Source of the DNA: the human T2T-CHM13v2.0 reference genome, Homo sapiens
Length of the DNA: 64,000 bases
Assembly (NCBI RefSeq): GCF_009914755.1
Contig: NC_060936.1
Direction: 5' to 3' (one strand)
Both the position numbers and the translations under genes were made by a program. Shown here one piece after another: positions 26,341-39,629 of this stretch; within the stretch, counting starts at the first letter, position 1, and each line of letters starts with the position of its first letter. The notes beneath the pieces are model-generated. The model saw only the letters and a program-made list of their open reading frames with translations. It searched no databases and had not been told where the DNA came from.

Positions 26341-28132
26341 TATCCATGTGGCAAGGTCATATAGGCAGTTGGAAAAAATCTGGAATCTGAGGGATAAGTC
26401 CAGGCTGGAAAGCCATCATGGGGAATGTATTTATTATTGGATAATCTTTGAAAGGACTGGAGGAATCATCTCAGGCTGAGTCTCCAGGAACATCTCCCTG
26501 AACCATACTCCAGGACTGGTCTGAGAAGAGATCTGCTGCGGCCACTGCTGCTATGGACTCCAAAAATGTTGCACCTCTGCCTTCCCCCAGTGCCAGCAAA
26601 ATAGGCGCCAGGTGTCCTAGCACGTTCTTCTTGCAACTAACTTTAGAATCAAAGCTCTCAAAAGAGCCTATGCTGGTTGGCTGAATCAAAGTCTATATTC
26701 TAATTACAAGGAGATGGGAAATGTAATATTTGTAATGTCTATGAGAAGATGAAATTAATATTATGAAAAGGTATCAAAATATGGGGAGAGTGCTCAAAGA
26801 TTTCAAGCATCTATAAGTGACTTTTGTTCATCACATTCTGGGAGGAACTGAGATAACTTAGGAGAAAATGAAGATCATAAAACGAATCTAATTAAGAGCC
26901 ACAAAGATATGGATCGATATCATATCCATCCATTCAAAGTACTAACAAAAAGAAGCAAAAAACAAGAAGTAGGTTGTGAAAAATTAAAGATATAAATGCA
27001 TAAATGAAGAATGTAATACATTGGGTGAAATAAATAGATGAAAACATCTCCCAGAATATAGAACAACAACAACAAAAACACCCCAAAGAAATGGAAAATC
27101 TGAGGGGAAAAAAATAAGAAATACATAAGATCAATCCAAGAGGGTCCAAATTTAACTAAGACATCCTAGAAAGGAAAAGAGAATAAAAAGCATGAAACGT
27201 TTTTTTTTTTTTTTAATCCCAGAACTAAAGGAAGATATTCAAAAAAGTTTCCTAAGTTCCAAGCTCAATGAGTGCAAAATGACCCACATAGCTATAGTAC
27301 CATGATGTTTTGGAACATGGAGGATAAATATAAAGATGAAAGAGAAGGGAGCCACTTTGCTTTGAGCAAAGGAGGAAAATGATCTAACGTTTTAATAATA
27401 AATGTTAATAAGCTAACATTTTAATAGGCTTACTATGTGCGATCAGCTGTTTTCAGCACTTGACCTATATTGGTTAATTTCAACCTCACTACAGTCCTAC
27501 AAGGTAGCTACTCTTATTATTACCATTTTTCAGATGAAAATATCAAGGAACTTACCCATGGATACATACCTTGTGAGTGGCAGAACTGAGACTCAAACCC
27601 AGCAGTCTGGCTTAGTACTCTTAACCACTATTTTCTTTCATTAGTGACAGTGAATTCTAGAAAGCAGTAAAGAAATGCCTTCAAAGTTCTGAAGAAACAT
27701 AATTTTAAATGGAAAATTACCCAAAATATTAATCAAGTATTAGAGGGATATAATACATTTTCACACATGTAAAAACTTAGATATACAAAAACCTATCTTC
27801 AAACATGCATGTGTGTGCAAGCATGTTTGTTATATAAGTTATGCATGTTTATAGGTTATATATAACATGCATATACAGGTTATATAACATGTTATAACAT
27901 GCATATATAGGTTATATATGCATGTTTGCATATAGGTTATATATAGATACACACATATATATAGGTAAGTATATACACTTTCTGAAAAAGTAAATTAAGG
28001 ATTTACTGCAGCAAAAGGAAAAATAACTTGAAGACAAACAATGGCATGACCTCCAAGAACAGTGAACCAATTAAAGAGTGCAACAAAAAGTAATCCCAGA
28101 TAACTTCTATGCAAATGGGCATAAGCACTGGC

Positions 28133-28650
28133 CATCTTGCCCCTATTTTTACACTTCTTTGGTAAGAAACTCAATTCCGGGAGACAGATTTTTCAGTTTG
28201 GAGTCTATCTGTATGCTTCCTCTTGTACTGAGACAGATATGATATCTGTTCATTTGCCAGCCTATAGGTATGGTCTGGACACAGGCTGCAGGTAGAATCT
28301 GATGTCGTTTCCCAGGGAACTCAGGCAGACACAGCAGGGAGCAAGTGGGGCTGCTTCAGCATAAAATGCTGCTGAAAAGCTATTGCCCTCTGCTATGTGC
28401 AACATTCCATGGCTTCAATTCAAGGATAAAGCCCTGTTCTGGCCTCTCAAGTTTCTGCAGCTTTGGGATCCTGGGAGACAGTGCCTTAGGAGTAGACACC
28501 AGGGCTGTCAGGGCAGGAATGGCACCAACAGGAGTAAAGCCCCTACCCAAACAGTGTCTTGAGCTTTGAGCATGAACAAAGGGGATCCTGAGCTGAAGAC
28601 CCTGAGAGGACAACTCTTGCCAAAGTGAAGTGAGAGACCCCCAGGGACTC
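28133..28650 (-). pseudogene. Pseudo-exon J (phase 2->1)
   Basis: aattatttctag | 172 codons with 4 stops (SPWGSLTSLWQELSSQGLQLRIPF...GSIQIDSKLKNLSPGIEFLTKEV*) | gccagt (GC or decayed donor). Confidence 0.6.
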
Positions 28651-28742
28651 CTAGAAATAATTGGGTGAGGCTTAAAGAGAGGGAGCTAGTGTTTCTGTGA
28701 TATGCAAATAGACTAATGAGCAGGATAAATCTGAGTACTTAC

Positions 28743-28803
28743 TGTAAACATATTGTGAACATAAGACCTTATTTGTACGCAGGTTGGTGAGGTCTGGGGA
28801 AAC
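28743..28803 (-). pseudogene. Pseudo-exon I (phase 1->2)
   Basis: ataattcag | FPRPHQPAYK*GLMFTICL | gtaagt. 92-nt intron to exon J. Confidence 0.5.
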
Positions 28804-28959
28804 CTGAATTATATTTATCCAGCCTAGCATTGTCATTATCATCATCATTAACATCCTATTCTGCACAAACTCAGTATAATAGCAATTGTGCTTTATCTGA
28901 ACTTCTTTTTGGATGCAAAATGATTTCAGTCTATGTGTCCTTTTCTACCTTTCCCATTC

Positions 28960-29130
28960 CAGCCTTGCTATTCATTCTGTGGTCCACAGACCAGCAACAT
29001 AAGCATCACCTGAGAACTTTTTTGAAATGAAAAAGTTTGAGAATGTCAGGCCTCACCCCAGGCCCACTGAACCAGAATCTGTAACAAAATCCCCCAGTGA
29101 CTTACATGCACATCAAAGTTTGAGAAGTTA
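28960..29130. mobile_element. MER5A-like MITE
   Basis: gtggtccacagaccagca...gaatctg...aagtttgagaag. Confidence 0.75.
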
Positions 29131-29249
29131 ATAACCACTCTTAAGGAGTGGTTATTGACCTGGCCTGGAACTGCTAAATTCCTGGAACTACTAAACTCCA
29201 ATGATAAATGTCTGGCTCCTGTAACTCTCAGAATCACCTGGAGAGCTGG

Positions 29250-29556
29250 GTTTACAGTTCTGGAGTCTGGGAGCATGGCACTGGCATCTGGCAAGGGCCT
29301 TCATGCTGTGTCATCCCATGGTGGAAGGTGGAGGGGCAAAAGAGGAAAGAGATGAGAATGAGTGGGAGCCAAACTCGCTTTTGTGACAACCCACTCAAGA
29401 ACTAGCCCATTCCCACAATAACAACATTAATCTACTTACGAGACCAGAGCCCTCATGACCTCATCACCTTTCATTAGGCCCCACCTCCCAACATGGTTGC
29501 ATTAGGGATTAAGTTTCCAGCACATGAACTTTAGGGGACACACTCATGCCATGGCA
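29250..29556 (-). mobile_element. MST/MLT1A-type MaLR LTR, truncated at one end
   Basis: acagttctggag...ggccccacctcccaac...gggattaagtttcca. Confidence 0.8.
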
Positions 29557-29603
29557 GCCTCATTACAGATTCAAATATGCATCCTTTCTTCTTTCTACCA
29601 TAG

Positions 29604-29765
29604 GCTTACTTACTTCTGACTCCCTTTTTCTCAATAAATGATTCTTCGGCGACGATTGACAGGAGTCAGCCATTGAGGAGCTGGGAGATAAGGAGGAAAT
29701 GAGCTCACTGGATAAAATAGATAACGAGGAGGCCAGCCCTAACACTGGCAAAAACACACATCAAA
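29604..29765 (+). pseudogene. Pseudo-exon H on the opposite strand (possibly inverted)
   Basis: cctttcttctttctaccatag | LLTSDSLFLNK*FFGDD*QESAIEELGDKEEMSSLDKIDNEEASPNTGKNTHQ | gtgaaa (weak donor). Confidence 0.4.
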
Positions 29766-30464
29766 GTGAAATGAGGGTAGTAGGGAGATTATGAAGGACC
29801 TTGTTGGCTGGGCAGAAAAGTCCATTTAATGTGGTGGGAGAAATGAAGGCCAGTGAAGATTGGAGAGAAGTGGGGAGAAAGGATACGCTGAAATTTAAGT
29901 TGAATTTAGTAAACAATTTGTATTTGAAGATACATATTTACCCACTTAAAACCAAGCATTGAAATGATGGTCATTTAAGCATTCTTCTCAGAAAACTACC
30001 TACCTAGGTGTTTCTCATACAAATCTGCTCTGGAGCCAATAATGACATTTAATAAAGTCTTGCTAATTACGTTCTCTAACGAATTGTGAGACTGCTTAAT
30101 CCACAGTGCAGAGATTTGTATAGTCAATAACTGCGTTAAATAGCCTCAGTTACTTACATACGGTGTCTATTGGTGTTAATTGTATCCATTAACCCAGACA
30201 GAATTGTTTTAAATTTCTGCAAGATGGTTAATGTGCTGATTCCTCTGAGGCCACTAACCACATTTTTCCTTTGGCCACATTCATAATTGGGGCTTAATAA
30301 AGCTTCTTAATCTGAATTTAGCCTCTGGATAAACGACCAAGAAGTCTAAAATTCTTCCTCATGTGGAATACTTCATAATATGCTTGAATTGAAACTCAAA
30401 ATTAACCCTATTGGTGTTTCCCCATTTCTTTGATTTAGGATCTTTAAGATGAGAGCATCCTTCA

Positions 30465-30970
30465 ATGATTAGGAGAACTACAAGATGGAAATAAAGACTG
30501 TATTACTTACAGGTCCTTGGGCGGGACATGGCATGCCTAGAGGCCACACAGGGAGGTCAGACAGCACAGGCAGGGAGAGAAAAAAGAGACCCATGGGCCA
30601 ATGCCTTTATTGGGTATTGGGCATTATCCAAACAGGTTTCCTGCACGGAGTTTTAATTGGGTTTAAACCAAGCAGGCACAAGTTCCAGGTCACACAATAA
30701 CTGATACATGGTCACTATGGCAGATCTGCACAGTCTCTGTGGGGTGTAAGAGTGAGTGGGGCCAGTCAAGCAGGCTGCATCTAGCTGTCCCATGGGGAAG
30801 TGGTCACTAGGGAGCAGTTGTATAAGGCAGATATCTGGATGGGGCACATTGAGGAACTCGGCAGGGAGTTGGACTGGAAATAGTGTCAGGAATGACTGAG
30901 CCCTGCTTCTGGTATGAGAAAGTCTAATGTATTTAAAATGGATGCCAAGGCAACACAAAATTAATACATA
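30465..30970 (-). mobile_element. ERVL-type LTR (LTR47-like)
   Basis: Recalled similarity; gcctttattggg poly(A) region. Confidence 0.55.
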
Positions 30971-31053
30971 ATTGTATAAACATAAACATAAATTTTGTTG
31001 GGTATAGTGAATTAAGCATTCAGTTTACCCAACAAAAAATTGACTGAAAGAGG

Positions 31054-31180
31054 GGGCCAGACACAGTGGCTCACACCTGTAATTCCAGGGCTTTGGGAGG
31101 CTGAGGCAGGAGGCTCACATGAGGCCAGGAGTTGGAGACCAGCCTGGGCAACAGAGAGAGATCCTGTCTCTAAAATAATA
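31054..31180 (+). mobile_element. FLAM / Alu left monomer
   Basis: ggccagacacagtggctcac...gtctctaaaa. Confidence 0.85.
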
Positions 31181-31332
31181 CTTTTTTTAAAAAAGTTGGC
31201 AGAAAGATATACTAAATAAAAATACATAGGCTTGTATCCTTCAAATGCCCTTAAAGAAAGATATTTATCATTGGAATTTAGTAGTTCCAGGAGCCAAGGT
31301 CTTCCTCAGCTGAACAAGTCACCCCCATCTAC

Positions 31333-31924
31333 CTGGTCGACTGGGCTTGAAATGTCCCTATATTTGGCCCTTTACTTTCAGGGGCACCTACTGTTAATAT
31401 TCTCAAGGGCACTATCTTACTTCTTATGGTGCATTTCAAAGGTTGTGGTTGATTTGTTTGGGTCCAAAAATAGTATAGTCCAATAATCTGATCAGTAGCC
31501 AGACATAACATCACAATTGAAGTTGTATTTACTATATTTTGTTGCACACTAGGTCTTAGGGAGATATCAAGCTGGGTAACAGTTGATAGAACAAGTTAGA
31601 ATATAATTTGCCCAATATATGTCTGCAGACGTTTTGGAAGCCTGGGAAATGCAATGAAGAACTCTCGTCCTGTATGCTTCTGGCGGTGTCATATAGAGGA
31701 TCACTTGCTCACCAAAATCGCCTTAAAAGGATGCAAGAAATCCTTAAATCACTATCCTGTGATGATATCAATCAACATGGTTTTATCACTAATGATAGTG
31801 ATAGACAGTAGCCTGGGCAATGAGGGTGCCACAAGTAAACCTGACATCCCCTGTCGTAAACGCTACAGCCAACTTCATTTGAAAATCTCATTTAGAACAC
31901 ACTTTTGGCACGTTTCTTTCTCTT
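31333..31924 (-). pseudogene. Pseudo-exon G (phase 1 start; may be two exons, internal donor TTG|gtgagc at 31713)
   Basis: One frame [16 protein letters not shown]...DIITG**FKDFLHPFKAIL...QLDISLRPSVQQNIV... with 7 stops in 196 codons; ends CAG|gtagat. Confidence 0.45.
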
Positions 31925-31959
31925 CTAGGACACACAGCTTTTTAAAAAATACAAAAATA

Positions 31960-32365
<406 letters not shown>

Positions 32366-32414
32366 TTAAAAACGCAGTTACATATTACATGTATATTTTG
32401 TTCTGTGTTCTTTT

Positions 32415-32890
32415 ATGTGATGGTCAGTCAGATGTGGCCACAAGAGGACACAGGAGAGGCTCAGGAAAAAAACAGTTTATTGTATTCACAGATTCTGGAA
32501 ACAGGAAGTGTGGCACTCCTGCAGGGTCACATGGGGAAGCCACATGGGATGATCAAGGGGCAGAAAGCAGGGGCAAGGGGAAAGTCTAGGCCAGAGGTTA
32601 CAGGGGTTTCCTGGGAAGGGCAGGCTGAACTGTTTAGAACTGGCTAGTTTGAATAATTTTGGTGGGCTCTAAACTATAGGAGTGGTCCCTGGTTGCCCAG
32701 TACCTGGCCCTGGGGTGACTAAAGCCAAGGAATACTGTCTCCTGGGAAGTATAGGCCAGATGAAGGAGGTGTGGCTCTGGAGTGGCTAGTTTGCATATCA
32801 AAGACATGCTCCCAGCTGAGTCCTTTGCTTTCCCTAAGAATTGGCTAGCCCCAGAGAGTAGCCTGTCTCCAGCCCAGAAGGATTTTTTGT
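32415..32890 (-). mobile_element. ERVL-type LTR (MER76/LTR40-like)
   Basis: ggctagtttgaataatt...tacctggccctggggtga motif. Confidence 0.55.
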
Positions 32891-32921
32891 TTGAATCTCC
32901 TCTGTTGTTTTTTTTTAATAG

Positions 32922-33525
<604 letters not shown>

Positions 33526-33588
33526 GGGTTTTTAAGAAGTCAAAACATCACGATATACAGACAATAAAATGTATACAAGATATATTTT

Positions 33589-33591
<3 letters not shown>

Positions 33592-33636
<45 letters not shown>

Positions 33637-33643
33637 TTTTTTT
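33592..33643. repeat. (TA)n-(T)n compound microsatellite
   Basis: Direct reading. Confidence 0.95.
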
Positions 33644-34234
33644 AATGCATATTTCATTCTTCTGAGCCCCATCCCGAGTCTTCCACTTCAAAGTCAGTGT
33701 GGGCCCTTTGGGAGTCCCTTCTTATTTCTGTCCCCAGAGCATGTCTCAAGCCACCTTAGGGGAAGAGGGATGTCCCTCCGTGTTCAGGTGAGGGGCTGCT
33801 GTCGTTCAGTGAATGTAGGACGGGAGGCCAGCCTCCCCACCGGCCCTTTTGCTGAAGCAGGCATACACGGCGCCCCCAAAGAGGATGGAAAGTCCTTTAA
33901 TCAATCCCCCAGGGGCTGTCAGGAAGCTGAATCGGGGAGGTGGCAGGAGCTGATCAGCCGTGTCCCTGACTTACTGAACTTGTACCGCACTGCTCTCTCC
34001 TTCTGTACTATGGCCCTGAGGTGCCCAGGCCCCACAGCTGACTCAATTAATCTGAAGTGGGGTGGAGCCATCTATGTTTCTTTTAGGGATTCAGGTGACT
34101 CTAATGTGCGAGTGTGAAACACTGGCTAAGCCCTCAGCGCTGTGCTAGGCAGCCCTCGCTTATACCCTACTTATTCCCACTTCTGCCTTCTCCCCTTAGT
34201 GTCCCCAACCTCTTCCTTTCCCTTGGGCACACTA

Positions 34235-34390
34235 CCACTCGCTCCTGCAGAAATAGCTCACGACGACGTGCTCCTCAATTCCACGACCTGTGGATTCTCC
34301 GTGGCCACTGGCCTCGCAGTTTCTGTTGACGCCATCAGGGGCAGCAGCGAGCGCGGTCTCAGTGAAGGAGGCCTCTAGCTTGCGGCGGGG
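34235..34390. promoter_or_regulatory. Small CpG-rich island; candidate enhancer or promoter
   Basis: About 13 CpG in ~155 bp of non-repeat sequence. Confidence 0.5.
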
Positions 34391-35528
34391 AGTTGAGCTG
34401 GAAAGGGTCTGGATAAGGGTGAGCTCTGATGCTGTTTTCTCCAAAATAGGGTCTGAAAGTATATACCTGAGCTTTGTGAGGATTCACTTATTCCTCCCTG
34501 AGTTGTATCACAGTTTCTCTGTTTTGACTTAGGAAAACTGATAAACCTATGTGACTTTCTTTGCTTCTCTCAAATACCTGGGTGGGAGATGGTGGAGGAC
34601 AGTCCACAGCAAACTCAAGTGAATCCATTACTTTTCATTCTCACCAAAGGTCTGGAGCTGTATCTGGTCTCTGGTTTTGGCCTATAGACACTGCCCTTTT
34701 GATCTGAGGGTGAAAAGGGGATTCAATCTAAGAGTATTTCATTTCCTAAACAATCTGGAAGAGATGTATTAGTTTAAAAATCACTCATTGTTTGAGCAAA
34801 CACTTTCCACATATATTCTATGCATTCTCTCTTTCTCTGCATATGCCATGCCTTCTTTCACTTCCATTATATTGGGAAAATTTCCCCCATGTCATTAAAT
34901 GTTTTTGGAAAAGATGATTGTGCATGATGATACCTATTTTGCAAATTTTATGTACCATAGTTTTTTAACCATTTCTCTGTTGCCGGACATTTAGTTTGTT
35001 TATGATTTTCACTCTTATCAACAACTGATATAAATTTTCTCATATATAAATCTTTGGCCCTCTCACATATCATTTACCATGAACATTGGGAGTACCGTAT
35101 TTTATCCTTTTGGAGTCCTCTCGGTGTTAAGAACAGAAGTGGTTTCACACGTGGCACTTAATTAACGCTTGTTAACTTCACTCATGGCCTAGATCAACTT
35201 GCATTGGCGCCCTATAAAACCTGTCTCTTTAATATTAAGCCATATGAAATCACAAGAGTATGCCAAATCCAATTAGCATCTATCACGACCTATCCACTCT
35301 ATAAACAGGCATTTCATGTTTCTGTTACATTCAACTTCTGAAATGCTATAAGCAGAATCTATTAAGGCAAACAATGAAAACACAAGTAATAATTTCTTAA
35401 AAAACACTTTGCAATGCCTGCATCATACATATTAATTTATAGCTGCAGCAACAGAATCTCATATTCAGATGGTGTCCTTTCAAAAGGAACTGTGTAACAA
35501 ATCCCAGGCAGTACTTAGCTTAACTTAC

Positions 35529-35656
35529 CTTCCTGGTGATTTATATGATGCACATCATTGTGTGCATAAAGTCCAAATTTCATGACACAGACACATACAA
35601 TTACATGGATGACAGTAATATGCCAATGAATGATATAAACATCAACTGTTAATTCA
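35529..35656 (-). pseudogene. Pseudo-exon F (phase 2->1)
   Basis: ctttctatttctcttag | ELTVDVYIIHWHITVIHVIVCVCVMKFGLYAHNDVHHINHQE | AAG-gtaagt. Fully open, with consensus splice sites. Confidence 0.7.
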
Positions 35657-36348
35657 CTAAGAGAAATAGAAAGTCAAGGCAAAAGAGACTACGTCCCAAA
35701 ACTACCTGACTACTGCCTTTAGGCAAAAGATCTTTTGGAAATCAGCTTTTAAAGACTTTAGTTTTACCACTGCCCTGAAGCAGGCTGAACCTAAAATGGG
35801 ACTTTACTATCTGCCCAACCCTGGGCCCAGAGTTACTCATGGAATACAGGTGACTTCACCAAGATTCAGGTGAATCCATTACTTCTTATTCCCACAAAAC
35901 GTCTAGAGCTGAGTCTAGTCTCTGGTTTTGGCCTATTGACACTGACATTTTGATCTGAGGGTGAAAAGGGATTCAACCTAAGAGTATTTCATGTCTTAAT
36001 CTAGAAGAGAGGTATTAGTTTAAAAGTCATTCATTGAGGAAACACTTTCCACATATTTTCCATGCATTCATTCTCTGTGTGTGTGTGTGTGTGGTGTGTG
36101 TGTGTGTAGACTACCTTTTAGGATTTTACTCTATGTTATATAACTTTACTTTGCAACTTTTACTTTCCCGAAAGTGCCTGGATAAGTAATGTGTAAAGTG
36201 TAAGGCAAAGTTGTTTCTGTTCTATCTTGAGCAGTTCATAAAATAACCTTCAGGTCACCTTCCCTGTGATCTGCAGATTGGCTTGGTGCGTACTCTAGAG
36301 GTGCCAATCATTCTTTCTCCGCTTACTCCTCTCTGTGAGAGGACTCAC

Positions 36349-36592
36349 GGCACTGGAAGAGGCAGTCCAATCACCATGTGATATCTGCTCCTTAACTTGG
36401 CCACAGCAGATCAGAAGCCAGAGCCAAAGATGAGTCATTAGATTTTCTGCCAGGAGGAGTTGGAATTGTGACTTAGTGACTGAGTCTGTTAGCTGCATGG
36501 GTTTCTCTTTCTTCTGTTTCTCAAATAGCCTCAAGCCCTTCAGCCTCCTGGGTGATGTCTTCCTTGAATATCCGAATAAAATGTCTTAAGTC
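36349..36592 (-). pseudogene. Pseudo-exon E (phase 0 start)
   Basis: atttgtctccactgcag | DLRHFIRIFKEDITQEAEGLEAI*ETEERETHAANRLSH*... | gtgagt. Confidence 0.6.
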
Positions 36593-36972
36593 CTGCAGTG
36601 GAGACAAATGCTATGTGTTAAACTCAATTTCATTTCTTCTTCCTCTTCCTGGGCACACAGGAAGACCACATTTCTGAGCTTCCCTTGCAGTTAAGTTGTG
36701 CCATGGCTGTCGGGTGCTAAGCAGAGAGGCAATGGCCAGGAAGAAGAGGCAGGAGTCTCTTCTTGTGCAAGAGTTGACAATTAAAGAGGAGAAGAGTAGA
36801 ATGGTGTTGGTAAGGTCAGATGGAGGCTTTCCCTTCCAAGGAAGTCTTGTGCATATGATGGAGCAGAGAAGTGGGCCACTGGTGCTAAAGAGAGGAAATG
36901 TGGTAGAAATGGATGGGTTGAAGGGTGAGCTTGAAACAATATGGGCATGTCAAGGCAGGGACAAGGAGTTAC

Positions 36973-37249
36973 TGAGGAAGCTTATCCAGAGGCCTCAGCC
37001 TTCTCCCTGGAGTCAGAACCACCTGCTGAGGGCAGTGGAGGAGAAAGAGTGGGAAGAGAGAAGCTCTGAAACTGCCCTCTGGGCAAGTTCGTGGAGCTGG
37101 ACAGCATGGATTTGTAGTAAGCCAGACATGAATGGTTTTGTGCCAAACCCGCGGAATTTGGTGTGTGATCTGGGAGAAGGACCAGAGAAGGCTGTCTGTG
37201 GGAATTACCAGAAGTCAGAAGCCTATGTTAGCATAACATTATCACTTGC
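36973..37249 (-). pseudogene. Pseudo-exon D (phase 0 start)
   Basis: tcatctgttctttag | ASDNVMLT*ASDFW*...QLHELAQRAVSELL...GLWISFL | gtaact. Donor uncertain. Confidence 0.5.
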
Positions 37250-37821
37250 CTAAAGAACAGATGATAGGGAGAAAAATGTTATTCTTCTAGGCCCATATTT
37301 ATTCACTATTTCTTCCTACTAATAATACCCCAGTGTCTTTAAGTACTAAAACGTTCCATTTCTACAGAATGTTTTCTCTCATCTGTAAGAATAAAAAGGA
37401 TGTTCATTTTTTTAAAACATTAGGTACTCATTACTAAACAGGACAAAAATCAATCTTTTTTTATTTTTTAAGACCCAAAACAATAGTTAACTACTATTTG
37501 AGCTGGGGATCTATTGTCTAGAAAAGTAATAATTATTAAGTAATTCAAAAAATAAATATAAAAGTAACAGGTTCATTTTTGAAAATTTGTTCAGCACAAA
37601 AGAGTTTTAAAAAGAAAAAAAATCCATAATCACATCATCCAGAGCAAAACATTTAAAATATTTTGGTGTCTTAAAAAATTAGTGTCATTCCAGATAAAGT
37701 TTTGTACTCAGTATTTTTCACACATTATTTTATAAATATTTTCCTAACTCATCAAATGAGCTTTAAAATATAAATTTGCTGACTATAATATATAGTACCA
37801 ATTTTTTTGAAGTTTATGCCT

Positions 37822-38121
37822 GTTTTGTTTGTTTATTTTTTGAGACAGGATCTTGCTCTGTTGCGCAGGCTGGATGGAGTGCAGTGGTGCAATCATATCT
37901 CATTATAACATCAAATTCCTAGGCTCAAGTGATCTTCCTGCCTCAGCCTCCCAAGTAGCAGGGACTACAGGTGCATGCCACCATGCATGGCTAAATTTTT
38001 TTTTTAGGGATGGGGTCTCGCTGTGTTGCCCAGGCTGGTCTTGAATGCCTGGACTCAAGAGATCCTCTCACTTGGCCTCCCAAAGTGTTGGGATTACAGG
38101 CATGGGCCACCAGTCCCAGCT
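37822..38121 (-). mobile_element. AluJ-like
   Basis: Diverged dimer. Confidence 0.9.
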
Positions 38122-38945
38122 TAAGTCTGTTTTCAAATGAAAAATGTAAAGCTGAAAATTGCTGCAATGTATATTGTGATTATTACCTTAGGACCGATTT
38201 CTACAATGGTATGTCAATAGGGCAAAGAATATATTTTTCCTTAAAAATAAATTTTCTTTAAAAATAAAAGTTCTAAATGATTTTTTGAGATACACATACA
38301 TCATTCAAAAATGAAAATGATCTATAAAGTATACACTGACCAGTCTTGTCCTCATCCCTATTCCCTTTCAGCTTATTATGCCTTGTCCTCTATAGGTAAC
38401 CGTTTTTCTCAGTTTCCTGATTTTTCTTCCAGTGTTTCTTGCCCAAATGTTTATTTCCCAATGAGAGAAATATCCTGTTTCTCACAACCTTACAAAAAGG
38501 AAGGATATTTTATACACTGTTCCATGCCTTGCTTTTTTCACCTTACTATGTATCCTGGAGATCTTACCATATAAATCTGTAAAGATATTTCCTATTCCTT
38601 CTGTCTCTCAGTTGCATAATGTTCCATTGTATGGATGCACCATAATTTATTCCACTAGGAGCCCTGAGTTGTTGTCTTATCTTTTACTATTACAAACAAA
38701 GCTATAATAATCTTGAAGTACGTCATGACATATATGTCTGCGAATATCTGTAGAATCGATTTCAAAAAGTTGGATGCCAGGCGGCTCCTAGGATGTGTGG
38801 AGCTCCAGGCAAATATTCTTTGCAGGGCCACTGCCGTCTTACGCCATTTGGCTTTAAACTGTTGTTGCAAAATCCTTGAACCCATTTGAAGCTTAGTGAT
38901 TTATCAATGAAGATTTAGTGTAATGGATAGAAAAGAGGTACTTAC

Positions 38946-39064
38946 ACATTTGGCTACTGTCCAGTAAGTACAGATGAAGATTCTTCATAGTGTCCAGGTA
39001 CCATCTTTTTGTGTTTTTTCTTTATTGTCAAATATGTTATTCCTGGCTAATTTCATATCTCCCA
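38946..39064 (-). pseudogene. Pseudo-exon C (phase 1->0)
   Basis: gttaacttttccttgcag | GDMKLARNNIFDNKEKTQKDGTWTL*RIFICTYWTVAKC | gtaagt. Confidence 0.65.
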
Positions 39065-39142
39065 CTGCAAGGAAAAGTTAACAATATTGTTACTGGTTGC
39101 AATGCCAGGGCTCTTCAGAACCTATTTGTATTGAAATGGTAC

Positions 39143-39629
39143 CACATCGACATCACCACATTGACGGTAGGCAAGAAGGACACCAATTGAAAGGGCCGGC
39201 TGTGGAGCAGTGGTCTTGAATACCTTTGGGAGAGAAAGGGACAGCCATCCCTAGAGAACTGCCTGACATGTGTTCTAGAGCCAGCAAAGGGGGTTGGGAA
39301 ACCTCCCTAAGTGCAAGTGATGAAGTATGCACAGGGTAAAGGGTGACTGCTACCACCGTGTCATACTTTAATGCTCTAGACGGGAGGCAACGCTGCAGCC
39401 AGAATGCTGATATAAGACAGCTACGGCTTGAGTCCAAGGGTTAACTATGGACAGTTAGTGGCCCAGAGCTCTCAACTTCCCCTGTGTCTGACATGAAAGT
39501 CACACAAAATCAACATGTCATTTTGGTCAGTAAGAGCAATCAACTCATCAAAATGCCTTTCTGGAACTAGGGCTGGCCATAGAATCCTGGAACTACCCCA
39601 TAGGCATGAGTCTCTGGTCTCTGGTGGAC
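39143..39629 (-). pseudogene. Pseudo-exon B (phase 1->1, one net frameshift)
   Basis: gtttctgtttttccccttgtttgag | PPETRDSCLWGSSRILWPALVPERHFDELIALTDQNDMLILCDFHVRHRGS*..., then the 94-aa ORF 39153-39437 in a shifted frame | gtacca. 78-nt intron to exon C. Confidence 0.5.

Noticed and set aside
27800-27975. Quasi-palindromic TATA/CATG-rich tract
   Set aside because: Low-complexity degenerate simple repeat within an old LINE.
33569-34117. 182-aa ORF
   Set aside because: Starts in a (TA)n/(T)n microsatellite and ends in a MER5-like remnant.
34328-34348. CTCF-like site GCCATCAGGGGCAGCA
   Set aside because: One base short in the G-run and mismatched to the core; not supportable without ChIP data.
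36696-37253. 185-aa plus-strand ORF
   Set aside because: Non-ATG start and purine-rich composition; the splice signals here are on the minus strand (pseudo-exon D).
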